Assembly: GCA_963798845.1 (NCBI GenBank)
Contig: CAWCUS010000004.1
Coordinates: 128,001 to 192,000 of the forward strand
DNA length: 64,000 nucleotides
From: an uncultured Gemmatimonadales bacterium
Lineage (GTDB): Bacteria > Gemmatimonadota > Gemmatimonadetes > Longimicrobiales > RSA9
Direction: 5' to 3'
Shown here: positions 20,799 through 31,209 of the stretch, one piece after another
Layout: the number at the start of each line of letters is the position of its first letter
Numbering within the stretch: the first letter of the stretch is position 1
The notes under the pieces: generated by a model
What the model saw: the letters and a program-made list of their open reading frames with translations, nothing else
Database searches by the model: none
Told to the model about the DNA's origin: nothing
Translations under genes and position numbers: made by a program

Positions 20799-22696
20799 GC
20801 CAGGAACTGCCGACCGCTTTCCGCACCACCACCGCGGGCTCGCTGCGCGCAGACGACGCCGGGGAGCGCGTCCGCCTCGCGGGCTGGGTCCACCGGCGGC
20901 GCGACCTCGGCGGCGTCTTCTTCATGGACCTGCGTGACCGCACGGGGCTGGTGCAGCTTTCGCTCGGCCCCGACTGGACGGATCCGACGTCGCTGGAGGG
21001 GGCCCCCGCCATCGGCGCGGAGAGCGTGGTTGCGGTCGAGGGGGAGGTGGTCCGGCGGCCCGAGGGGCAGGCCAACGAGGACCTGGCCACGGGCGAGGTC
21101 GAGATCCACGTGGAGCGGCTCCGCGTCCTGGCCGCCGCCGACACGCCGCCCATCCCCGTCTACCAGGTTCCGGGCGAGGAGCCGCCCGCCGAGGACCTGC
21201 GGCTCCGCTACCGTTATCTGGACCTGCGACGCGGGGCGCTCCAGCGTGCGTTCGCGATCCGGCACCAGGCGCTCCAGGCCGTTCGCCGCCACCTCACGGC
21301 GGAGGGGTTCTGGGAGGTCGACACGCCAATGCTGACGCGTCGGACGCCCGAGGGCGCCCGGGACTACCTGGTCCCGAGTCGTTTGCACGCGGGGGAGTTC
21401 TACGCGCTGCCGCAGAGCCCGCAGATCTACAAGCAGCTGCTCATGGTGAGCGGCTTCGATCGATATTTCCAGATCGCCAAGTGCCTGCGCGACGAGGACC
21501 TCCGTGCGGACCGGCAGCCCGAATTCACGCAGATCGACGCCGAGATGTCGTTCGTGGACGAGGAGGACGTGTTCGCCGCCGCCGAGCGCATGCTGGCGGG
21601 GCTCTGGCGCGACGTGCTGGGCGTCGAGCTCGAGATGCCGTTCCCGCGGCTGCCGTACACCGACGCGATGGAGCGCTACGGCACGGACAAGCCGGACCTG
21701 CGCTTCGGCATGGAGTTCGTCGACGTCACCGAGATCCTCCGCCGGACGGAGTTCCGCCTGTTCGCCGGCACGAAAGAGAGCGGGGACCGGATCAAGGGCG
21801 TGGTGGCGAAGGGGGCGGCGGACGCCCTCAGTCGCAAGGACCTGGACTCGCTCAATCCGGTGGCCCAGGCCGCCGGCGCGCCCGGCTGTCTCTGGGTCAA
21901 GCGGGGCGCCGACGGGTGGTCGGGCCAGTTCGCCAGGTTCCTCGACGAGGACGTCGGGGCGGCGCTGGAAGTGGCCGCGGGGATCGAGCCCGGGGACGTG
22001 TTCGTCGCCATGATCGGCAAGTTCTGGGCACGGCCGCGGGTGGCCGGGAGCCACGGCGGCGCGTCGCAGGAAACGGTGGTGCGCGGGGCGGAAGCCGCCC
22101 TCGACGCCCTGCGTCGCCACCTGGCGGACGTGCTCGGGCTGCGGGCTCCCGGAGCGCACGCATGGGCGTGGGTAACCGAGTTCCCCATGTTCGAGTGGGA
22201 CGTCGAGGCCGATCGCCTGGTGGCGGCGCACCATCCGTTCACCATGCCTCACCCGGACGATGTCCGGGCGCTCCAAGATGCCACCGCCGACGGCCCCGTC
22301 GACGCGGAACGCGGTCGCAAACTGTTCGACGCCGGCCTGCGCTCGAGGGCGTACGATGCGGTGTACAACGGGAGCGAGCTGGCCAGCGGGAGCATCCGGA
22401 TCCACGACGCCGACCTGCAGACTGCGGTCTTCCGGGCGCTGGGCATGGACCAGGAGGAGGCGGACGCCAAGTTCGGCTTCCTGCTGGAAGCGTTCCGTTA
22501 CGGCGTGCCGCCGCACGGCGGCTTCGCGTTCGGATTCGACCGGCTGGTCATGCTGATGGCCGGGCTGCCGAGCCTGCGCGACGTCATCGCCTTCCCGAAG
22601 ACGACCACGGCGCGGGCGCTGTTCGAGGGCGCGCCGGCCCCCGTGGCGGAGCCGGAGCTGCGCGAGCTGCACATCCAGGTGGCGCGCGAGCGGTGA
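20795..22696 (+). CDS. aspS: Aspartate--tRNA ligase
   Basis: [59 protein letters not shown]. Confidence 0.98.
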   Translation: MSQELPTAFRTTTAGSLRADDAGERVRLAGWVHRRRDLGGVFFMDLRDRTGLVQLSLGPDWTDPTSLEGAPAIGAESVVAVEGEVVRRPEGQANEDLATGEVEIHVERLRVLAAADTPPIPVYQVPGEEPPAEDLRLRYRYLDLRRGALQRAFAIRHQALQAVRRHLTAEGFWEVDTPMLTRRTPEGARDYLVPSRLHAGEFYALPQSPQIYKQLLMVSGFDRYFQIAKCLRDEDLRADRQPEFTQIDAEMSFVDEEDVFAAAERMLAGLWRDVLGVELEMPFPRLPYTDAMERYGTDKPDLRFGMEFVDVTEILRRTEFRLFAGTKESGDRIKGVVAKGAADALSRKDLDSLNPVAQAAGAPGCLWVKRGADGWSGQFARFLDEDVGAALEVAAGIEPGDVFVAMIGKFWARPRVAGSHGGASQETVVRGAEAALDALRRHLADVLGLRAPGAHAWAWVTEFPMFEWDVEADRLVAAHHPFTMPHPDDVRALQDATADGPVDAERGRKLFDAGLRSRAYDAVYNGSELASGSIRIHDADLQTAVFRALGMDQEEADAKFGFLLEAFRYGVPPHGGFAFGFDRLVMLMAGLPSLRDVIAFPKTTTARALFEGAPAPVAEPELRELHIQVARER

Positions 22697-22754
22697 GGAG
22701 GGCGGCTGCGACCGTCCCTTTCCCTCGCGGCCCGGAGTCCCGACCTTTCGAGGC

Positions 22755-23861
22755 ATGAACGGGAGCGGAATGACGGACGAACCGACTGTGATCCAGCACA
22801 GGCTGCCTTCCGAAGGCGCTGACTACCTCCTCCTGGCCGGCGTCAACGACGCGCACCTCCAGGAGCTGGCCCGGCTCACCGGCTGCCGCGTGATCCTGCG
22901 CGGGGACTACCTCATCCTCTCGGGAGAGCTGGACGACGTCGAGCGTGCCATTCCCGTGGCCCAGCAGCTCATCGACCTCGCCAAGCTCCAGACCCCGTTC
23001 AACGTGGACGACGTTCGTCGGCTCGTGGAGAACGCCTACGCCCGCGCAGGGGAGGGTGTGGAAGGTGACACGGTCGCGAAGGGGCCACCGGCCCCGGGTT
23101 CCGAGTCGGATCTCGCGGTGACCCCGAACGGCGCGCCGCGCCGCGAGGATCTCCGCATCCTCCTGCCCGGCCTCCGGAAAGTGATCCAGCCGCGCAGCGA
23201 GGGGCAGACCGGGTACCTGGAGGCCATCGCGAAGAACGACATCGTGATCGCCATCGGCCCTGCGGGCACGGGCAAGACCTACCTGGCCGTAGCGATGGCG
23301 GTGGACGCGCTCCTGAAGAACCGGGTGAAGCGGATCATTCTGGCCCGGCCCGCCGTGGAGGCGGGAGAGAGCCTCGGCTTCCTCCCGGGCGACCTGCAGG
23401 AGAAGGTGGATCCGTTCCTCCGGCCGCTCTACGACGCGCTGGAGGACATGCTCCCGCACGACCGGGTCCGGCGCTACCTCGAGATGCGCACGATCGAGAT
23501 CGCACCGCTCGCGTATATGCGGGGCCGAACGCTGGCGGACGCATTCGTGATCCTGGACGAGGCGCAGAACGCCACCACGGCGCAGATGAAGATGTTCCTC
23601 ACTCGCCTCGGCCTGAACAGCCACACGGTGATCACGGGCGACAAGACGCAGATCGATCTCGTGCGCCGGAGCGACTCCGGGCTGCTCGAGGTGGAGGCGA
23701 TCCTGAAGGGCATCGAGGGTATCAGCTTCGTATACCTCAATGCGGCCGACGTGGTGCGTCACCGGCTGGTGAAGGACATCATCGAGGCCTACGCGGCCGC
23801 GGGCGGCGAGCACGGTGGTGGGGTGGACGGCGGGGCCGACGACCGCGCGAAGGAACGCTGA
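22755..23861 (+). CDS. phoH: PhoH family ATPase
   Basis: [46 protein letters not shown]; start may be 22770. Confidence 0.95.
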   Translation: MNGSGMTDEPTVIQHRLPSEGADYLLLAGVNDAHLQELARLTGCRVILRGDYLILSGELDDVERAIPVAQQLIDLAKLQTPFNVDDVRRLVENAYARAGEGVEGDTVAKGPPAPGSESDLAVTPNGAPRREDLRILLPGLRKVIQPRSEGQTGYLEAIAKNDIVIAIGPAGTGKTYLAVAMAVDALLKNRVKRIILARPAVEAGESLGFLPGDLQEKVDPFLRPLYDALEDMLPHDRVRRYLEMRTIEIAPLAYMRGRTLADAFVILDEAQNATTAQMKMFLTRLGLNSHTVITGDKTQIDLVRRSDSGLLEVEAILKGIEGISFVYLNAADVVRHRLVKDIIEAYAAAGGEHGGGVDGGADDRAKER

Positions 23862-23886
23862 GGCACTCTTCCCGGAGGCGAAGCTG

Positions 23887-26430
23887 ATGACCTGGCGCGA
23901 GTTCATCCGGGTGTTGAACCGGCCCCCGGAGCGTGCGTGGCCGGAGGGCGTGCTCCACCACGGAGCGCGCGCTCTCCTCCTGGTCATCCTGGCCGTGGGG
24001 ACCGTGTTCCTGTTCCCGATCGCGCCTCTCCCCGATTTCCCGGTGGTGGAGAAGGGGATGGTGCCCGATCAGGACGTCGTCGCCGAGATCCCCTTCCCGG
24101 TCTATCGCAGCGAGCAGGAGCTGGAGCGGGCCCGGCAGGACGCGGCGGCGAGCATCAATCCGATCTTCGTTTTCGACTCCACGGCCGTGGATTCGATGCT
24201 GAGCGGCGTGAACCGGTTCTTCGCCCGTGTCGACAGCGTGGCTTCTTCCGATCAGGCGACCGCCACGAAGCGCCGCAGGATGCGGGATCTGCTCGCGGCC
24301 TACGCGCTCCAGCCGCTCTCGGAAGGGTCGAACGGGGACGTGGATCTCCTGATGGACCCGACGGAGCGGCGGCTGCTCCAGCGCACCGTCCGCACCGCGA
24401 TCCTGGACGAGCTCCCCCGCGGAATCGCGACCGCGGCGGAGCTGGAGGAGGCGCAGTCTGACCAGATCCGGCTGATGGGCCATGGCCGCGATCGCGTCGT
24501 GCCGCGGGACTCCATTCGCACGAGCCGCGATTTCTACGACCGCTCCCTCTTCTACGTCCCCACGACGTCGCCGACCGGGTACGAACAGCTGCAGCGGCTG
24601 CTCCTGGTGCGCTTCCTCGTCCCGAGCATCCAACCGGACTGGGAGGCCACCCAGGCGGCGCGGGCGCGCAACCGCGCGGCCGTTCCACTCATCAAGACGG
24701 AAGTGCTGCAGGGGGAGCGGGTCGTGGCGGCGAGGGAGCGCGTCACCGACGAGCAGGTCGAGAAGCTGAAGGCCTACAAGGCCGAGCTGGAGCGGCGCGG
24801 TGAGCTGGGGGAGGACCAGCGCGTGCGCTTCGCGCGCACCACCGGCGTCCTCCTCTTCAGCCTCATCACCATCTCCCTGTTCGGCGCGCTGCTCATCTAC
24901 TACCGGCAGCGGGTGTACGCGAGCATGCGGCAGGTCTCGCTGCTCGCTTTCCTGATGGCCGCGGTCGTGGCCATCGCCGCCGTGCTCGCGTTTCAGGAAT
25001 GGCCGGTCACGCTCATCCCCATCGCGTTCCCGGCGCTGGTGGTGGCCACGCTCTGGGATGGGCGCCTCGCGCTCAACCTCTCGCTCATCACGGCCGTGCT
25101 GCTGAGCGGGCAGACGCCCTTCCTCGGCATCGTCCCGCTCTTCACCCTGGTCGCGGCCGGGGCCGTGGCGTCGCTCGCGGTGCGCGTCGTACGGCGGCGC
25201 TCCCAGACATGGGTCTTCATCGCCCTCATCGCCATCACCTACGCGCTGGTCGGAATCGTCCTCGGCCTGCTGCGCACCTGGTCGCTCGACGAATTCGGCC
25301 GCTTCGTCGGCTGGGGACTGGTGAACGCCATTGCCAGCGCGTTCGCCGCTCTCGGGTTCCTCCCGCTGTTCGAGAGCTTCACCGGGATCACGACCGACCA
25401 GACGCTCCTGGAGCTCGCCGACGCCAACCGGCCGCTCCTGCGACGCCTCTCCATGGAAGCCCCCGGGACCTACGCCCACTCCATCGCCGTGGCCAACCTC
25501 GCGGAAGCCGGCGCCGACGCCATCGACGCCCATGCGCTTCTGGTTCGGGTCGGCGTCTACTATCACGACGTGGGCAAGATCGCGCGGCCGCAGTTCTTCA
25601 TCGAGAACCAGCCGAGCGGGCGCAACCCGCACGACCGCCTTAAGCCGGCCCTTTCGGCTCAGGTGATTCGCAACCACGTCGTCGAGGGCGTCCGCCTCGC
25701 CGAGGATGAAGGGCTGCCGGCGTGCGTGAAGGCGTTCATCACCGAGCACCACGGGACGCAGAACATCAGCTTCTTCCTCGACCAGGCCCGGGAGGCGGAG
25801 CCCGACGCCGAGCTCGACCCGCGCGACTTCGCGTATCCGGGGCCCCGCCCGCAATCCCGCGAGACGGCCGTGGCCATGCTCGCCGACTCCGTCGAGTCCG
25901 CCGCCCGCGTTCTCCCCGACCCCACACCGGACAGCATCCGAAAGCTCGTGGAGCGGATCGTTCAGGCCAAGATCGATGCCGGCCAGCTCGATGAGACTCC
26001 GATCACCATTGCCGAGCTCAAGACCGTGAAGGAGCAGTTCGTCACAGTCCTCACGGGCATGTACCATCAGCGCATCGACTACCCGCCCCGTGGCCAGGGA
26101 CCCCAGAACGGGGAGAGCGGCGCCGGCAGCAAGGCGCCAGCGTCCCTGGCTCCCGGCGACCCGGCTCCAGGGAGCCAGGCTCCGCCCGCCCCGGCTCCGG
26201 ACGGCCAGCCTTCGGGGGAGCCGGCTCCAGCCGACTCCGGTCCGGACGGGCGCGCTCCTGACGGCCGCGCTCCGGACGGCCGCGCTCCGGACGGCCGCGC
26301 TCCGGACGGCCGCGCTCCGGACGGCGTGGCCCCGCACGATGCGGTCGCGGACGAGCGGGGCCCGGCCGGGGCGGCCCGAGCCGGGACGTCGGAGGACGGG
26401 GCCCCCGCGCCGGGGGCGCCGGCGCGCTGA
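23887..26430 (+). CDS. 7TM-HD (HDIG) membrane phosphohydrolase, PgpH-like
   Basis: Extracellular domain, multiple TM helices, EAPGTYAHS, YYHDVGK, FFIENQ, EHHGT, YPGPRP, MLADSVE. Confidence 0.92.
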   Translation: MTWREFIRVLNRPPERAWPEGVLHHGARALLLVILAVGTVFLFPIAPLPDFPVVEKGMVPDQDVVAEIPFPVYRSEQELERARQDAAASINPIFVFDSTAVDSMLSGVNRFFARVDSVASSDQATATKRRRMRDLLAAYALQPLSEGSNGDVDLLMDPTERRLLQRTVRTAILDELPRGIATAAELEEAQSDQIRLMGHGRDRVVPRDSIRTSRDFYDRSLFYVPTTSPTGYEQLQRLLLVRFLVPSIQPDWEATQAARARNRAAVPLIKTEVLQGERVVAARERVTDEQVEKLKAYKAELERRGELGEDQRVRFARTTGVLLFSLITISLFGALLIYYRQRVYASMRQVSLLAFLMAAVVAIAAVLAFQEWPVTLIPIAFPALVVATLWDGRLALNLSLITAVLLSGQTPFLGIVPLFTLVAAGAVASLAVRVVRRRSQTWVFIALIAITYALVGIVLGLLRTWSLDEFGRFVGWGLVNAIASAFAALGFLPLFESFTGITTDQTLLELADANRPLLRRLSMEAPGTYAHSIAVANLAEAGADAIDAHALLVRVGVYYHDVGKIARPQFFIENQPSGRNPHDRLKPALSAQVIRNHVVEGVRLAEDEGLPACVKAFITEHHGTQNISFFLDQAREAEPDAELDPRDFAYPGPRPQSRETAVAMLADSVESAARVLPDPTPDSIRKLVERIVQAKIDAGQLDETPITIAELKTVKEQFVTVLTGMYHQRIDYPPRGQGPQNGESGAGSKAPASLAPGDPAPGSQAPPAPAPDGQPSGEPAPADSGPDGRAPDGRAPDGRAPDGRAPDGRAPDGVAPHDAVADERGPAGAARAGTSEDGAPAPGAPAR
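26242..26325 (+). repeat. 15-bp tandem repeat (CCGGACGGCCGCGCT, ~5.6 copies) encoding PDGRA
   Basis: Read directly from sequence; first two copies each have one mismatch. Confidence 0.92.
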
Positions 26431-26871
26431 TGCCGCCCACGGTGCTGGTGAACGCGGAAGCGCCGGCGCCGCCCGGAGGCGAGGCAGCCATCGGGCTGGT
26501 GGAGCGCGCGGTGCTCGCCACCCTTGCCGACGGGGGCGCGAACGAGGCGGAGATCTCGGTCACGCTCCTCGATGATGCGGGCGATGGCGGCGCTCAACCG
26601 GGAGTGGAAGGGGCGCGATGCTCCGACGGACGTCCTGGCGTTCGCGCTGCACGAGGACGGGGAGCCGCCGCTGGGCGACGTCTACGTGGGCGCGGAGCGT
26701 GCGGTGGCGCAGGCAGCCGATCTGGGCGACTCTGCCACGCGCGAGCTTGCGCGCCTGGCCATCCACGGCACCCTTCACGTACTGGGCTGGGATCACCCCG
26801 AGGACGATCGGGAAGCGAGCGAGATGTGGGAGCACCAGGAAGCGATCCTGGACGCGCTGGGAGTGGAATGA
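26430..26871 (+). CDS. ybeY: rRNA maturation RNase YbeY, frameshifted at ~26580
   Basis: EISVTLLDDA in one frame; MAALNREW..D.PTDVLAF, LGDVYV, HGTLHVLGWDH in the next; one extra G. Confidence 0.9.
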
Positions 26872-27581
26872 GCGGAGTGGGGCGGCTGTTCCGGCGTCGC
26901 CTCATCGCGGGGCTCATCGTGCTCGCGCCGCTGGCGGTCACGGTCTACGTGCTGTGGTGGCTCTTCAATGCCGTCGATGGGATCCTCGGCAGCTCGCTCT
27001 ACGCGCTCATCGGCATCCGCATCCCGGGCCTCGGCCTCGTGCTGCTTCTCGCCCTCCTCATCGTCGTGGGGTGGCTCGCGGAACGGATGGTGGGGACGCA
27101 GGTCGTCCAGTGGTGGCACGCGACGCTCGATCGGATCCCCGTCGTCAGCCGCGTGTACGGCGCGACGCGCCGGATCGTGGGGAGCGTGTTCGGCGGTGAG
27201 GAGCGCCGCTTCTTCCGCGAGGTCGTGCTCTTCGAGTACCCGTCGCCCGGGCAATGGACGCTCGGCTTCATCACGGGTGCGGCGCCATCGGCGCTGGACG
27301 GTCGCCTGGAGAACGGCGTCACCGTGTTCCTGCCGACCGCCCCGAATCCGGTCACGGGCTTCCTCATCATCGTCCCTGAAGCCAGGATCGTGCGCCTGCC
27401 GGTGACCATCGAAGAGGGCTTCACCTACATCCTCTCCGCGGGCGCCGTCCCGCCCGGCAGCGCCGGCCCGGGCGCGGGCGCTTCACCCCGCCAGGCCCGG
27501 GCGGCAGTCGCCGCCGCGGAGGCCGCCGCCACGAGGCTCGAGGCGGCCTCCGGTGCGCCGGACCATCGGGAGGACGCGTGA
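26868..27581 (+). CDS. DUF502 membrane protein
   Basis: AGLIVLAPL..T, RIPVV..VY, EYP, FLPTAPNPVTGF. Confidence 0.9.
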   Translation: MSGVGRLFRRRLIAGLIVLAPLAVTVYVLWWLFNAVDGILGSSLYALIGIRIPGLGLVLLLALLIVVGWLAERMVGTQVVQWWHATLDRIPVVSRVYGATRRIVGSVFGGEERRFFREVVLFEYPSPGQWTLGFITGAAPSALDGRLENGVTVFLPTAPNPVTGFLIIVPEARIVRLPVTIEEGFTYILSAGAVPPGSAGPGAGASPRQARAAVAAAEAAATRLEAASGAPDHREDA

Positions 27582-28984
27582 GCTCGCCCGAGATGCAGCA
27601 GGTCGATGAGTTCCAGGAGCGCCTGACGCGGCTGGAAGCGCTCCTTGCCGGCGGCGATCCGGCCGCGCTGCAGGCGTTCCTCTCCGAGCTGCACCCCAGC
27701 GACATCGCGGACCTGGTCGAGTACTTCGACGAGGAGGAGGACCGGGTCCGGATCCTGGACACGCTCTCCGCCGAGCTGGCGTCCGAGACGCTCTCCGAGA
27801 TGGAGGCGCACCAGCACCCGGAGGAGATCCTCGCCGCTCTGGAGCCGGAGCGGATCGGGGAGCTGCTCGGCGAGCTGAGCGCGGATGACGCCGCGGACCT
27901 GGTCGGCGAGCTCCCGCCGAAGGAGCAGGCAAGGGTCCTGGCCACGCTGACGCCGGTGGACGCCGGCGAGCTGCGGGAGCTGCTGGCGTATCCGGAGGAT
28001 TCCGCCGGCGGCATCATGACCACGGAGCTGGTGGCCATCTCCGTGCACCTGACGGTGGGCGAGGCGATCGGCGAGGTGCGACGACAGGCGAGGGAGCTGG
28101 GCGGGGATTTCTACAGCATCTTCGTGGTCGACCTCCTCCGGCGGCTGCAGGGGCAGGTGAGCCTCCAGGACCTGATCGTGTCGGACCCGGACACGCGCAT
28201 CGGTGACCTGGTCGAGCCGCCCGTGGTCACCGTTCCGGCCGACCTGGACCAGGAGGAGGTTGGCCGGCTGATCGCGCGCTACAACGTCCCGTCCATCCCC
28301 GTGGTCGGCCCTGGAGACGTCCTGCTCGGCCGGATCACGTGGGACGACGTCATGGACGTGATCGAGGCGGAGCAGACGGAGGACATCCTTCGCCTGGCCG
28401 GGATCGGCTCGGAGGAGGAGGTCCAGGGCACCTGGTACGAGGCGGTGCGCAGCCGGCTCCCCTGGCTGGCGCTCAACGTGATCACCGCTTCCATCGGCGC
28501 AACGGTCGTGCTCACGTTCGACAGCACGATCCGGGCGATGGCGTTCCTGGCGGCGATCATGCCGGTGGTGGCGGGGCTGGGCGGGAACGCGGGCAGCCAG
28601 GCGCTGGCCGTCACGGTGCGGCGGCTGGCGCTGACGCGCGAGAGCGCGGTCCGGCGCTGGCGGGTGGCGGCGAAAGAGGCGCTCGTCGGCCTCACGAACG
28701 GCGCTGCACTGGGGCTGATCGTGGGCATGCTCGCGTACGTCCTCTTCCACGTGGTGGGGATCGGGCCGACCAACCCGCCGCCCAGCGCGGTGCTCGGACT
28801 CGTCGTCATGCTGGCCATGTGGGGCAACGTCATCGTCGCCTCCGTCGCCGGCTCGTTCGTGCCCGTGCTCCTGGAGCGGATCGGCTTCGATCCCGCCGTC
28901 GCCTCGTCCGTCTTCGTCACCGCCACCACCGACATCACCGGCTTTTTCCTGCTCCTCGGACTGGCGACCCACTTCCTGTTATGA
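27578..28984 (+). CDS. mgtE: Magnesium transporter MgtE
   Basis: LHPSDIAD, YPEDSAGGIMT, CBS pair, GGNAGSQ, DPAVAS..FVT..TD. Confidence 0.95.
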   Translation: MSSPEMQQVDEFQERLTRLEALLAGGDPAALQAFLSELHPSDIADLVEYFDEEEDRVRILDTLSAELASETLSEMEAHQHPEEILAALEPERIGELLGELSADDAADLVGELPPKEQARVLATLTPVDAGELRELLAYPEDSAGGIMTTELVAISVHLTVGEAIGEVRRQARELGGDFYSIFVVDLLRRLQGQVSLQDLIVSDPDTRIGDLVEPPVVTVPADLDQEEVGRLIARYNVPSIPVVGPGDVLLGRITWDDVMDVIEAEQTEDILRLAGIGSEEEVQGTWYEAVRSRLPWLALNVITASIGATVVLTFDSTIRAMAFLAAIMPVVAGLGGNAGSQALAVTVRRLALTRESAVRRWRVAAKEALVGLTNGAALGLIVGMLAYVLFHVVGIGPTNPPPSAVLGLVVMLAMWGNVIVASVAGSFVPVLLERIGFDPAVASSVFVTATTDITGFFLLLGLATHFLL

Positions 28985-30645
28985 GACGCTGGCGCCGGGG
29001 TTTGACCATCGTGCTCCGGCTGCTCCCGTTCCTGGTCGCCTTCCTGCGCGACCGCCGACGCTGGATCCTCTTCGGACGACCCCGGCGGCTTCCGTACGAT
29101 GCGCACCAGAAGCGGGCGACGAGGCTCACCACGACGATCGCCCGCCTCGGGCCCACGTTCATCAAGCTCGCCCAGGTGTTCGGCGCCCGCGCCGACATCC
29201 TGCCCGAGCCGTACCTCTCCTCCATCGCCAGTCTCCAGGACCGCTGTCCGCCGGACCGGCCCGAGGACATTGAACAGGTGGTCGCGGCGGAGCTCGGCCG
29301 GCCGGTGGAGGAGGTGTTCGAGGCCTTCGACCGGGACCCGGTGGCGGCGGCCAGCCTGGGCCAGGTGCACCGCGCCACGCTCGCAGGCCGTCAGGTGGCG
29401 GTGAAGGTGCTGCGCCCCGGCGTCGAGGCCCTCGTCGCCGTGGACCTGGAGATCAGCTTCCGCATCCTCTTCCTCCTGAACATCCTGTTCCGGAACCACC
29501 ACGTGAAGGCGCTGACCAACGCCGTGCGGGAGTTCAGCGCGCGCGTCCGCGTGGAGATGGACTTCCGCGACGAGTCGCGCCACATGGCGCTGTTCCAGAC
29601 CCATTTCGGCGACGACCCGCGCGTGGTGGGGCCGGTGGCCGTGGAAGGGCTCGTGCGCCGGCGGGTCCTCGTCATGGAGTGGATCGAGGGGGATCGCGTC
29701 GACCTGCTGGCGTCGCGTTTCGCGTCCGGCGAGCTCGACTTCCGCGAGCTCATGGAAACGCTCACCGAAGTCTACCTCCGCATGCTCCTGGTGGAGGGGC
29801 TCATGCACGCCGACCCCCACCCGGGCAACATCCTGGTGGACCGGCAGGGGCGCATCGTCCTCCTCGACTGGGGAATGGTGGTCCAGCTCCGGCCCCCGAC
29901 GCGCGACCAGATCATCCGCGTCGCCATGGCGGCCGCCCGCGAGGACGTCGACGGCATCATCAACGGCATGTACGAGCTGGGGATGATCGACCCGGACATC
30001 TCGCGCGCCGAGATCCGGGACGCGGCCGTGGAGATCATGGGCACCCTCGACCGCATGCGAGAGATCGGGATCGAGCGCGTCCAGGATGCGATACGCGACA
30101 TCATGGACACGTTCTACACGTGGCCGCTCATGCTCCCCCGTGAGCTCGTCTACTTCTTCCGCGCCGCCGCCCTGCTGGAGGGCATCGGACTCCGCTACGA
30201 TCCGGCGTTCAACGGCATGGACGTGTCCCGCGTCGTGGTCGAGCGCATGCGCCCCGAGCTCGTACGCGTGGCCGCCCGCGAGCCCGTGGACGTGGCACGG
30301 TCACTGTTCGACGACGCCCGGGCGACGCTCACCGGCGTGCGCGATCTCATTCGCCGCGCCGACCGCGAGGAGATGCGCGTTCGCGTCCACCCGCGCGACA
30401 TGGTCCAGCTGGAACGGTTCCTTTCGCTCCAGATCCGCCGCATCCAGCTCTCTCTCTTCGCCGCGACCATGGCGCTCATCGCCGCCGTCGTCTTTCTCGC
30501 CTTCCCGCGCTGGTGGGTCCTTGCCGGCGGCTTCCTCGTCGCGCTCGTGCTCTTCATGATCGCCCTCGTCGTGCCGACGCACCTCCTGGAGAACCCGCTG
30601 CGCCACGCGCGCGGCGTGGGAGAGGCGCTGCGCCGCGAGCTGTAG
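28981..30645 (+). CDS. AarF/UbiB (ABC1) family kinase
   Basis: LGPTFIKLAQ, AAASLGQVHRA, VAVKVLRP, HADPHPGN, LLDWGM. Confidence 0.93.
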   Translation: MRRWRRGLTIVLRLLPFLVAFLRDRRRWILFGRPRRLPYDAHQKRATRLTTTIARLGPTFIKLAQVFGARADILPEPYLSSIASLQDRCPPDRPEDIEQVVAAELGRPVEEVFEAFDRDPVAAASLGQVHRATLAGRQVAVKVLRPGVEALVAVDLEISFRILFLLNILFRNHHVKALTNAVREFSARVRVEMDFRDESRHMALFQTHFGDDPRVVGPVAVEGLVRRRVLVMEWIEGDRVDLLASRFASGELDFRELMETLTEVYLRMLLVEGLMHADPHPGNILVDRQGRIVLLDWGMVVQLRPPTRDQIIRVAMAAAREDVDGIINGMYELGMIDPDISRAEIRDAAVEIMGTLDRMREIGIERVQDAIRDIMDTFYTWPLMLPRELVYFFRAAALLEGIGLRYDPAFNGMDVSRVVVERMRPELVRVAAREPVDVARSLFDDARATLTGVRDLIRRADREEMRVRVHPRDMVQLERFLSLQIRRIQLSLFAATMALIAAVVFLAFPRWWVLAGGFLVALVLFMIALVVPTHLLENPLRHARGVGEALRREL

Positions 30646-30921
30646 CGGGTCGGAAGCTGCGGCCCGCCAGGGAGCAGAGCGGCGCCGGGGGAGGAAGGCG
30701 GCGCCAGGTCCGGGCGCCCCCCCGGGAAACCCGACCGATCGGGACCGCTGGCGATGCCGATGGCCCCTTTCGGGCCTATGGCGCCGCATATCGACCCTCC
30801 GATCACGCGTCCGCTTCCCGAGTGGTCGCTCGCCGGTGATGGACACCCGAAATCGACCACCGGCGCTCGACGTGGCATCGCGTGGTCGCTCGACCGGCCG
30901 CCCGGGACCGCGCACCGCCCG

Positions 30922-31171
30922 CGCCCTCCCGCCCCCTCCCGCCCTCCCTCCCGCCCTCCCGCCCTCCCGCCCTCCCGCCCTCCCGCCCTCCCGCCCGCCC
31001 TCCCGCCCTCCCTCCCTCCCTCCCGCCCTCCCGCCACTCCCTCCCTCCCGCCCTCCCGCCATCCCGCCATCCCTCCCGCCATCCCGCCATCCCTCGCCAT
31101 CCCGCCATCCCTCCCTCCCTCCCGCCCTCCCGCCCTCCCGCCCTCCCTCCCTCCCGCGCTCCATCCCGCCC
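30922..31171. repeat. Low-complexity C-rich tandem tract of CCCT/CCCG/CCAT units (dominant 8-mer GCCCTCCC)
   Basis: Read directly from sequence; ~250 bp, intergenic between ubiB and meaB. Confidence 0.95.
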
Positions 31172-31209
31172 GTTTGACGATACCCGCCCGTCTCACGACC
31201 TTGCACCCC

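Noticed and set aside
26570..26590. Programmed frameshift in ybeY (also considered for rqcH and kinase 2)
   Set aside because: No slippery heptamer or stimulatory structure; a single-base sequencing error is simpler
26242..31171. Repeats as a CRISPR array
   Set aside because: Tandem units without unique spacers; no cas genes
30754..31209. Pro/Ser-rich N-terminal extension of MeaB through the repeat tract
   Set aside because: The frame is open only because the C-rich tract has no stops; a promoter-like motif and ATG at 31210 fit better
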